A stretch of DNA of 64,000 nt, from NCBI GenBank assembly GCA_976226885.1, contig OZ320313.1, positions 64,976,001 to 65,040,000 of the forward strand, given 5' to 3'. Shown here one piece after another: positions 53,101-64,000 of this stretch. The notes beneath the pieces were generated by a model that did not search any database, was not told where the DNA came from, and saw nothing but the letters and a program-made list of their open reading frames with translations. How positions within the stretch are numbered: the stretch's first letter is position 1; every line of letters begins with the position of its first letter. Both the position numbers and the translations under genes were made by a program. This DNA is from Iphione sp. A-MEVVRFRX5. Its lineage: Eukaryota.

Positions 53101-53466
53101 CTCGACGTGGTTCTTGCCGCAGAAATTGTGAAATACACTAGGATAAGGAAAGTTATCCTCAGACTGAACATGGGATATAGGCAGATGGGTAATGCGTCAA
53201 CATGCTTAGAATATTTCTGTTTTTTTCCCAATTTACCTCAACACACATGGTAGGTGTTTTGAATTATTCCAAGTTTTTAACATGTAAAAAGAATGAAGGT
53301 TTTTGGGCTTTTATGAGGCTCCCAGAAGATAGTGGTCCGGCGGAAATGGAAGTAATATGTGTTGATATACAGTCCGTGCTGTAGGGAAACGAAGGAGACA
53401 GTCAGTCCGTGGAAGAGAAATGAGCTGGACGCTATGCCTTCTCGAGGACATCGTATTTACATAGGT

Positions 53467-53620
53467 CACGTGGGTGCCCTAACAATGAGAGGACCTCCGG
53501 CAGTCAGAGTGGTTGTCATGGTTACCTTCGCAGGAGGGAGAGAAGAAGGCAAAGTTTTCTTGTTTGTTTGCTCGGGATGCGCAGAAGAGGGGATAGCTGT
53601 GGTTACCTGGTGACGATTGG
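53467..53620. promoter_or_regulatory. E-box, RFX X-box, second RFX-like site and reverse CCAAT
   Basis: CACGTG at 53467-53472; GTTGTCATGGTTAC at 53512-53525 (GTAACCATGACAAC on the - strand, a full X-box match); GTTACCTGGTGAC at 53602-53614; ATTGG at 53616-53620. Confidence 0.4.
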
Positions 53621-56600
53621 AAGTCATAAAACGCAGCCGAGATTCTCACAAAAACTCGTTTCCTCTTTTCACTGACTTCCAATTTTAGTTCATGGGCTGC
53701 CACACGTTATCGTACATAATACCTTTACTATTTCACATCCTTGGCAGTTCATTGTCATTTAATATAACGTGTACATGGTAAAAAAAAATAGCACCTGTTG
53801 ACTAATCCTCGCTCTAACGCTGTCCTAAGGCCTGCTCTTAACCCTGCCCAAGTCCTCTCACTAACAGTATCCCTTGCCTTGTATGTAACGTTTTCTATTA
53901 CGTTTCCCAGCCCTAGTGCAGTCCCTAACCCTAGACGCACCCAGAGGATACTCAGTGACGAGATTATATCCTGGCGAGGGTACGTAGTAGTAAATGTACG
54001 AAGTGAAAAGGGTTCACAGTGCCGTGTTCCCTTCAACATGTAAATCACTCCTCTGTTTGCCTTTTAGATCGACCTGCTTGTTGCTGTCTGTCTGATTACT
54101 TGCTGCTTGTTTCTTGTTTCCCTTTTCTCCCTGTCTCTTAACTCTGTTTAGTGCCCCGTACTCACAACCATCCGTTGCCTCCATATGTTCCCTACAATCC
54201 GCCTGTGTGAACCACGTTGCCATCTTAGATGAATACAACGACTCTCTCCGCAAGCCTTATAAAGGCGCTGACAGAAGCTCTGGTTTTCCTTCAGGTCGTC
54301 TCCACAGTGACTTACTCCTTGTCTGTTTTACTAGCGGATTCAGAGGGGAATCTAGAAAACGGGAGAGGCAGTGATTAATGATTCTCTTTATAGAAGGCCT
54401 AATCGGCAGGGCTCACAACTGTCCTGCTTCTCATGCGGGCAGAATAAAGAATGATTTGCGAAAAAAAAGCATTTGCTTCGATTTCATGTAAATTAAGTTG
54501 TTTTTCTGTGTTTATTTTACATGCACTTAACTAGAAACCCACGTCATTCTCTGTAGCCTCCTAAATCACATAGCGACTAAAGTTTAATAGTTAGCAATGG
54601 TTGTCAATTGAGCAAACAATCCGCGGAAACGCTGTCCGAAGCGGGAACAAATGACCTGAAGTAGGAATATGGCCTTTCACTTCTTCCTGCCTGTCTGTTA
54701 GATTTATACATTTCTTGGCATCCTCACACCACCAAGGATGCAACCAGTAAGGAAATGTAGCATTTCTCTGTAACTAGTCTGTACACGAATTTACTCTCTA
54801 CATCAGTGAGAAAAGTATTAAAATGTAGAATCGATTACAATCGTATATCACCCAGTATATTTTCTCCCTCCCCCTAACGAAATATATTGATGAGTAGGGG
54901 TAAAAAATTGGAGCCACCAGTCATCGCCAGCATACAGTCTACCAGCGACTTTCCGTTGTCGGAAGATTAGTCGCCAGCAAAACTGAAGAAATATTTCTTT
55001 AATTGGCCAATAAACCAAGGTAATCGCATGTTCCTGGGTGGCAAATCAGTCTTCCAAGCCATTACATGTATTTCTCAGCAAACATAAACTGCTGGGCCTC
55101 CTGTCTTCCTCCTTCCTCATTAAGATACGTACGGGTGGCTTGCTTGTAGCACTGCTGAGACGGCAAATTTTCGCACTGCCTGTTAAAGACAACGTAGCAT
55201 GTAGTGAGAGAAATGGTTTCCAGGTCGTTGACCCAATCCCTCGAATAATTAAGGAATATTATTGTCCTTGTATTTACCTTCTCATTCTAGCTGCTTTCTC
55301 ACTCACAGCGAACAGGTCAATGGATATATTCCCAGGGGTGCCGGAGAAATGAGTATTATTATGTCATGATTGCTGATTGTTCTCAATGACTCATTAGTGG
55401 CGTAAGATCATACTTGAGAGCCTAATGAAGAGTGAAAATTTCAGGCTGATACCAGTGGAAATGACTGTTGCCCTATATTTTTGGCTGGTAACATATAATT
55501 GTGCTATGATCATTGTTTCATTTCTAGAAAACAAGTAAACATTTAGTAGTTGCAGTAACCATATAAATGTGCATGTTTGCACTAATGTAAACCAAGAGAA
55601 ATCCCAATAGAATATGTTTATGAGCCGGGCCAACCTGTCTGTGAACGACTGACTTCATCACTTGGTGGCGACAATACATTATGCATCACTGCAATCCCTC
55701 GTGAAAAAAAGTCACAGTCCACGCTTCCAGCTCAATGTAACAGCAATACCCTACATACATGTCCACTCCTCCATTACCGATGAAACAATCAGGCTGTAGA
55801 TGATTAATACAAAGATTGTCTAGCCCATGACGGAAGATCAGAGTAGTCATTTGATCCCCTATGTCCTCTTCCTCTTTTTAACGGCATGCTTATAGTTTCC
55901 ATTGGCTCTAGTTTCCGTATAGGAAATTGCATGGTTGCCCAGGGATGAATTCATTTATTGTAACGTAATGTGATCCATACTTGTTTCTGTATTGCAGGCA
56001 GTTTCCTTATGTTTTCTGTATGAAAATTTCAATCAAGGAAAGCTTCAGAAATACGAATAAAACAGTCCCAAAGGATAAACTTTCAGTCCGGTTGGAAATT
56101 CTTCTCGTTATGGTGGCATTCAAATCGAAGTTTTTACAATTTTGAAACCTCGTGGAAGTAAAGACGGCTGAAATGTCATGTGGCTCTGTTAATGGACAGA
56201 ATTTCTACAGCAAATGACAATCGAACTTTATATCTAATTTGCAACATAAGCATAGTCTACGTATGCTCGAACAAAGATTACGTTTCGTGAAGTAAGCACA
56301 ATATTTCCGGCTCAGCGGTTATGAGTTCATGCCATAGAGAAGCAGCCTTATTCTGCAGTGTATTTCAGTATTATTATGGTTACGTCTCTCTTCGTCGAAG
56401 GCTGACACACTATTCTGAGCACTCATATTGAATGTATAGTCGAGGAAAGGTAGGAATTGTAAGAGGAAACCTTTGTTAAAAGATGTATTTCAAGGTGTTC
56501 CTGTCTTCCTCTCAATAGAATGTAAATATGCAGTACGAAGACCCATAAATATTTGCAAGAAGGTTACTTTTAGTGAAGTTTATCCTGGGAACTTATGAAG

Positions 56601-59600
56601 GTACTCTGTGAGCGTGAATTAAATTATTCATAGGCCTATCTGCGTTATAGTTATTTTGAAAGGTCCCTTTGCCTTTCGGCATTCGAGTTATATCTCGATC
56701 GTAACATTATTGAAAATTTTGTATAGTTATGGCAATTCGCACTCCACGTCTACTGTTTTTAAAATAATGGTGACTGGAGATTTTCTTACGTTAATGGTAA
56801 GCCCAGTGCGATATTCTAAACGATCACGTTTGAATTGTTAAACGAGCACTAATGTCTCAATACATTTAAGTCTCAAAATCGGAATTCACTGGCCCACTGC
56901 CCACTGGCCATAATTGTCAGGTAATATAAAATAGTCTCTTCCTTGTGAAGGTTGAAGGTAGTACGGGTATGTTCGTATGTATGTGAGTACGGATGTAAAC
57001 GAATAACTCACCTTCACTCGTCTGTTTTATCCGGGCCAGTCCCTTTCTAATTGTTTGACCTTGATGCAGTTCCAACATAACTAACAACCTGTCTGTTCTA
57101 CCCATTTCACGGTAACCATGTTCATGATATGTTTAACAAGATATAATTCTGGATGGAAAAGTTAAGCAACCTTTATCTGGAATCCGTTACTGAATTTAGC
57201 CAGCAGTAAAGATTGCACTTCTCCTGACTTACACTGGATCGACACACCCAAAGTCCGGTGTACTTTAAAACAAAATAAATGTCATATGAAATTGAAAAAT
57301 ATGCCGATCGGTCTACTCCTTCACTATGTAAGAGGATTAACCTCCCAAAATCTGAAGTAGTTCTCACTCTGATTGTCAGATTTCCCGGGACAATCTCTTA
57401 CGATGGATTGATTCTAAAAACAGACAGATGGGATTGTTCTTAAAATAAGCCATAACTGCCTCACGTCCATATTGAAAGTAAAGTAAATGCCTTCTTAAGT
57501 TGTAGTTTAATCACATGGGCTATCTCAAACCAAACACCAAATCTGCTGTTGTAAAATTACTGATTAAAATGAGCTGTTTTCGGAGATATTATCTTGAAAA
57601 GGTGATGTAAAGTGTAGGTTTCAGAAATAGAGCATATTGCAGTGAAGCTGCTGTTATTTTTTAAAGTTGCTTTATCATTGCTTCGACATTGTATAATAGC
57701 TTTCCGGTTTCAAATATCATTTTTTCCATTACATGTTTAAACAAGTCGAAAGAGTATCCCCTCATTTCTCCTGCTGCCATTACCATCCTATCTTCACTGT
57801 TGTCCGATATTAGTAGGTTGTTACTACGCCATCTTAATTTTGGTCACTGCGCTTTCTAGCCTCCTGCATTGGGTCTTAATCCACATTTACTGCCGTACTA
57901 TATTCTCCAGTGGCTCTCCCAGCGGTGACCCCGGGGCCTGTCGAGGCCACATAACATGTCAGCTCCAAGGAGATCATTCACTCAGAGTCTGGTTAATCTT
58001 ACTGGAGAGCTGCACTAGAATAAAGAGGATAGATCCACCGTTAATCTGCAATCTACCCCCGTGACCATCCATGGATTACCCGGATAATATGGAGATCATT
58101 AAGGACTTCGGGGCCAAATTGAGTAGTAATCCTTACTGACGTGCCGCCCTATCTTGTCAAAACAGAGAATCTCCCTGCAGTGCTTATACCAGACCTTCAC
58201 ATAGTGAGATATAACGATTAATCACCGTCGTACGAGCGGGTCTGGTAACAGGGAGACAGGCCAGCATTGGCTATATTTGAATTATGAAGACATTGTAGAG
58301 ATATTATACTGCATCTTTCTTTATGTCAATATAATATCATTAATAAGACCGTATTTATATTACCAATATTGATATTATCAGTATAATGTTAGCGTTAATA
58401 TATTCAATAGGACGGCAGCATTATATTGTCTGATTTGGACTGCAGGACCACAGAATTTTGCCCTTCTTCTATATCGTGTAGTATTTGGACCACTTTAAGA
58501 TGTTCTTTTTCTGGTATGCTTGCGTAGTTGAATGGTCGCACTGAAGAGAAACTCTAACTCAAACTCTACTTACCTTTGAATACTAAGCAGTGGAGTTGGT
58601 TATTGCTTGTTTTGAAGCATGGCTAGAGGAAAAGTGTCACTGTTTCTTTTCATAATAAAACTTTTCTCTCAAACTTAACATTTTAATTTTTAAGGATTGT
58701 TGATCTTAACAGAAACTCGATGACCACTAATTCCATATACATTTAGACCTACTAGCAGGCAGTCTTCACTGTTGTCATCATCGCAACATAGCGAAGCAAA
58801 GTTACTGTTGGAAAAACATGTCTGGCAGATATCTTTCATGGAGATGGTAGGACACTGTTGTTCTACAGGAGGAGTCCCGTACTGTGCTGTTTTCACATGG
58901 GCTGGTCCCTATCTGTAACACTGACCACTGATTCTACTTTTTATGAACAATCACCTAATGAAGTCCCAATTAGTGAGGGCCCATTAATTACCAGCGTGGA
59001 CGCCCACGCCCGCCCGCTCGGACATTAACGAGATAGGCAGGAAAAATGGGTAAAACATTACACAAATGCAGGGCACCCCAACACTCTTGGTGTCTGTGGA
59101 ACATACCTCCTCAGTAATAACTGAAAGTACCTTTTATTTGCTGAAGTGCAAGTTTTCCTTATAAGGCCAAGTTTAAACGAGAGCAGATAGTGTGGAAATA
59201 ACAAAAACGTGGCTCTAAAACCACTTTCTTGGTAATAACAGGGATCGTCTGAACCCATTAGCGTTGTGTTTGTTGGATGCAGAAATAGAAAATTGAGTGT
59301 ACTACGTTTTGTCCTAAAATGTCTAATCGCATCATTACCATACTAAGCCGATCCATCATACTTAATAATCTTTTTCGAGTCTTCGAAGTCTTCTTTATAA
59401 CTGTGGTCCCTACAGGGCAGATAGACACAGGAAAGACACATTTGCTAGGTTGCCCCAGATGGCTGTAGCTCTCCGTACTGCACAAACTGTAACGGGCACG
59501 GTCATTTTCAACCTCCTTAGTTATCAGTACCTCTGTAATATAGCACAGATAATTGCCTCACTTAAGAATGGAGTTTTACCACTGCAGCTCGACTGGCTTG

Positions 59601-61740
59601 TAGCTGACAACAGTTAATCACATTCGATTGAGACAAAAAGGAGCCGATGCATGACGACTGCAATCATTTGTCTGATTCGGATGGATCAATTTATCGATTT
59701 CTTATCATGTCGGAACCCAACATGATAATTCCACAAAGCATGATTAGTATTTGCCGATTGGCCGTGTTCTTTCCACCCTTTTTCACGAGATGTGCCATCG
59801 TTCATTACTTTATAAACTGAAGAATGGAGTGAACAAGTAATAGAAAGTCACCGAAATTAACGATCCGATTGTTGAACGGTTATTGTTCTGCGACTTACAG
59901 TAATTGCTGTCATCGAAAGATGTTTTTGTTTAATAGAATAATTGAATGTGGTGAATCACAGAATCTGTCCGGGCATGCGTCAGCAAAACCGTAATACACA
60001 AGTACAACTGCCTGGACAGGCGACATGTTCATTTTTAAAAGTTAATGTTAGAATCAGTTGAAATGACTCTACAGAATGCAGGACGAGCGATTTTGTTTAA
60101 GTCAGATTCACCTCACTTCATTGGTGTGTGACTAACTGGAACATACCTTCTCCCTATTAACGTTCGACCTTTGTTAACACAGCAGCATTGTGTATGTTAC
60201 GTATATGTATATCAGGTACTAATACGAGCAATACTACTGTTATGCCAGAGTACTCAATAGGGGGCGTGTGAGACTATGGACCGCTCGATTCCATTACAAT
60301 ATGGTGTCGGCCCTGAACCAACCAGATACGAGCTGGATATTGAATTATTTGCCACCGGAAACAGACAAAGAATCACGAACGCAATTAGCCATTTCTGTTA
60401 GAATCAATGTCAAAGACATGCTTGCAGTTTTAACATATTTTGTACACCTTGAGCAGCTCAAATTAATCTCCGTGGATCTGAGGCAACTAGTGCCCATCTC
60501 ACCCAGCTCACATCATGTCTAACTCCTGCCATGACCAGATTGCACTGTCACCAATTTAGGCTCTTTCCCCTCGAAGTATGTTTTTGTGATACCACTATAG
60601 AAGGATAACATCCCTGGTGAACAAATGTGAATATAGCTGTAATAGACGTCTCAGAGATAATCGTGAGATAATTTCACTGAGTAGAACCAATCGTGGCAGT
60701 TCATTGTTCTCAGTGGGACAAGGTAGATGCTCCATGCTTCTTTGGGTGACAAATTTGTTGTATTCAGATAAACATCTGTCATCTGTAAGATATGTAATTG
60801 ACATCGGCACAGCAGATATATTGAGAATTATTGTTCTAAAACACGAAGGAGTTTCTCCCATTAGAAACTGGTTCGCAGTCTGTGATTGAGTGTATCAGCA
60901 AATGTGCATGTCCTGTGATGACTTGTGCCTTTTCACTTTGGTTTATTTATAATTTGACACACCCGTAGTGCTTGTATTGTTTAGTTACCCTCAGTTATTC
61001 TTCGTAAGAGATACTTCGTTTCAACGTTAGCCGTATTGTGAGTTGTCTCTTGTGTGAGATGGTTAGGAAATGTACTGGTAATAGAGTGAGCTGGCTACCA
61101 CAGGAATCATCCTAATCTCAGTCATCTAAGTGACTGTTCCATTAGCGTCTTTACGGTTGTCCCTTTCAGAAGACAGTAGGAGGACTTGATGCTGAAATAA
61201 GAAAATTCGTAAGAACAGACGGCCTTTATAGTAGTACCTTACAAGATTAACACCCCAAAATATACTCTCTTTCAAAGGAACATTGTCTTCTAATCGAAAT
61301 GATATGTTCTACAAGGTCTCACTCTAGTAATTGACCATGTAGCCAGCACCCCCGGGCAGTGATGGATGTAGCTCAGTCAAGGGAGTTGGGAATTAGTGTT
61401 GTGATAACCGATCGTCTCTACTGCTGCAAATTGGCACTATGTGTTTGGTGATGGATTGGCATGCTAATCGAATTGGACCTGCATTGACACATACTTCATC
61501 TCTGTATGTTAACTAGCATCATTTGCCCGAGTGTTGTGAAATATGGCCGTGGGAAGTCATTTACGTCCGGATTGGCCGTACACTTTAGATAACCCTTATC
61601 CTTTAGACGCACTGGAAACAAATGCTCGAATGATGGGGACGTCATTGATAATGCTGTACAGTTTTATCTCTCTTATGTGAGTTATGTGAATAGCTATGTA
61701 GGATGAAAAGCGAAATAGCTATTTTGCCGCCACTCCAACA

Positions 61741-62040
61741 TCCCTTACTTCCCCACTACTAGAACCACTGCAGGAACCACCACCACCACCCACCACTACA
61801 GCCCCCCACCTACAAATAACAGCTACCTTCCACTAACCAGTGACCCTTACCTGACCAGCAGTATACACCACCTACTTTCACCGTCTTTCTTCTTCATCTT
61901 CACCCTCACTATTGCCAGCTACCTGTATCTTTTTCACTAGCAGCAGTCATTTGCCATTACGCATCACCACTATCCATTTGTTTCACCATCACTACCGACC
62001 ACTACCAGGGCCACTCCCCACCACTACCAACATACCCGTC
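61741..62040. repeat. Degenerate ACC/ACT-rich low-complexity tract
   Basis: Strongly C/A-skewed + strand with decayed (ACC)n and (ACT)n triplets. Confidence 0.7.
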
Positions 62041-62789
62041 CAGGAGCAAATCAATCAACACAAAGTACCGTAAAAGCGCGAGCAGCGGACCCGAAATCGA
62101 TCAAAGCATAACACTATGGGGTAGGCGCCTGGCTGAGTCCTCTGCCTCACTGATCAAGGCCATATTACCGTAAAAACTTGCCAGTCCGACAGCGCATTCA
62201 TCACTTGACTGTAAGTACTTCCCCATACCTGGCGCGCTAAATAACCAAGTAACCTATATTGTCTAGTGGAAATCATTTGTCAAGTAGGTGTAAGATTGCC
62301 CTACGGCAATAAAAATTACAAAAATGGAGAAAATATCCTTTGTCAAGCAATATCCATCGTATGTCTTTTTTATCTTCCGATTTTTAAAGATAAATGATAT
62401 TGAAATTCCTGTATGAAATAAACATTCGATCACAGAACAAAACGTACAAGAAATATAAATCCTGCCCATACGTTTCCTTTTTTTGAAAGTGGTCACGTCA
62501 ATGATCCATACCTTCTGGGTGTTTATGTATGTTTTCCTTACGTGTTGCGTTGTCAGGTTGTTCGGAATTGAAACGTTTTGAAGACTTTATCCAGGGCCCC
62601 TAGTCCTTCACTCATCCACACAGTAGCTCCTCTTATCCATCTAGCCATTTGGAACCATTCAGCCAGTTTGTGCCATAGATCACCGAGTACATTAGCTGCT
62701 GCACAGCCCAACGATTGACCCACCTTCAAGAGACCGTCTTCCGTATCAGTAGGTTTGCCCCTGCCTGGGGGATGAAATGTTTGAGGGTC

Positions 62790-64000
62790 GAGTCCATGCC
62801 AGCCCCCTCCTCCCAACCAGCCTCACCCCAGGCCGTCCAGCAGCTGCACTACCACCACGACCACCATAATTACCACCACCACCATCACCTGACCAGGTGG
62901 AACGGTGGACCTAGCCAACCTAGCCAACCCATCCCCATGTTGCCGAATCACTGCCCCTCTTCCTGGTCGCAATCGATGAGTCCCTCCAGCATTGATTTTC
63001 CGGAGGGCAGGCATATTCATGACGCTCATTACTACCGGCTGTCGGCCGTAGCTTCCACTACCGGTCCAGTCAGCTAGCATTGCTACTACTTGCCATTGCT
63101 TCCCACACCAGTTCTGGCCATCTGGACCACCCCTTTGCTGACAGTACCTGCCAAGAAGCAAGCTCCTATACTAGACCGTACTGCCGTCGGGACCGCTCGG
63201 TCTCGCCCCTGTGTTGCTACCACCGCCTTCACCACCATCACAAGCACGAGCAACAGCAGCAGGAGCAGCAGTAGGAGACAGCAGCAGCTGTGAGTGCCGC
63301 AGATGGCGTAATTATTGAACAGGGTGGGCAGGGCAGCGGGAGCAGCGGTGAGTGGCTAAATAGCCTAGTAGTGTGCAGATGGCCAGAGGAGCAGCTGGAT
63401 CTGCAGGAGGCCACGCCAGACATGACTACAGCAGAAGAAGGAGTAGGAGGGGAAGCAGCAGCAGCAGCCGCAGCAGCAGGTGCAAGTGGCATATAGACGA
63501 GGCCGTTGGAGCGCTGGCCCCAGTCATGTAGCGACCGCCTCGACGACTGGCAGTTACAGCAAGAGCAAGAGCAAGAGCAGCAGCACCAGCAGCAGTGGTA
63601 CCCCCAGCATTGCCAGTCAGTATCGCTCTTTCTCCTGCTGCCTTCGACACTACCGTTGCTACGAACTGTTCGACTGGCTGCTGCTCGCAACCACCACGAG
63701 CAGTTGTTGTACAGGCGGCGTATGGTGTCGCTGCCGCCAGTCACACGCTTATCGGGAGTAGCCGGGCAGTAGGGCCGGGTTTCATCCAGCCAACACCGCT
63801 ACCACCGTGCACTGACGGCCAAGCCCTGGATGATGTTGCTGGCTTGCATGGCGCCTCCGCCCGACGCTGGAGGAGACGTACATTCATGCGTCGTCGTCCA
63901 CCTGTGGATTAACCCTCCGTGGAGTACAGCTACCGGCTACCACCGCCCGACCATGAGGGATCATCGCTGAGTGAGCCGCGCACTGTACTACTACCAGCGC
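62790..64000. repeat. GC-rich (~60%) degenerate trinucleotide region (CAC/CAG/GCA), possibly a decayed coding sequence
   Basis: Two sampled lines were 57% and 62% GC; His-, Gln- and Ala-rich runs appear in several overlapping short ORFs; no recognisable domain; the region runs off the window end. Confidence 0.55.

Noticed and set aside
53045-53130. PGGVLVHSDQW, reminiscent of an ISXO2/Merlin or integrase HSD motif
   Set aside because: About 28 codons only, with no other catalytic motifs or terminal inverted repeats.
53807-53935. Telomere-like CCCTAA words
   Set aside because: Too few and too degenerate to call an interstitial telomeric repeat.
62158-62195. Faint resemblance to the 5' end of 5S rRNA
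   Set aside because: Only a few short word matches, with no internal control region.
1-64000. CRISPR arrays, operons, tRNA/rRNA genes, intact LINE/LTR/DNA-transposon ORFs
   Set aside because: No regularly spaced repeats, no gene-dense region, and no RT, integrase or transposase motifs were recognised; the sequence is eukaryotic non-coding in character.

Overview
This looks like non-coding metazoan DNA from a draft assembly. It is about 40% GC by eye, with (GA)n/(TCTG)n microsatellites, three sized N-gaps, strong CTCF-type motifs (suggesting a bilaterian) and a roughly 10-fold excess of TACATGTA. A marine invertebrate is plausible but the species cannot be determined. I found no protein-coding gene, tRNA, rRNA, CRISPR array or intact transposon ORF that I can support; the ORF track is consistent with chance ORFs. 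The strongest signal is a complete, canonical type I hammerhead ribozyme on the + strand (28710-28940). Its catalytic half and its GUA cleavage strand are separated by a structured 165-nt insertion in stem III, and the upstream flank can pair with a decoy strand inside that insertion. A second, degenerate Penelope-type minimal hammerhead lies on the - strand (36362-36404). Also on the + strand are two textbook recursive-splice (ratchet) sites, polypyrimidine-CAG|GTRAGT, at 8853 and 42877, each followed by a short cryptic exon with its own donor, plus microexon-like junctions. Together these suggest a very long + strand intron containing a self-cleaving RNA (inference). Several compact cis-regulatory clusters are present: divergent CTCF pair, kB/STAT+TATA, ETS/E2F/CRE/GC box, E-box cluster+YY1 and RFX X-boxes. 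All pairings and counts were done by eye and need computational confirmation.
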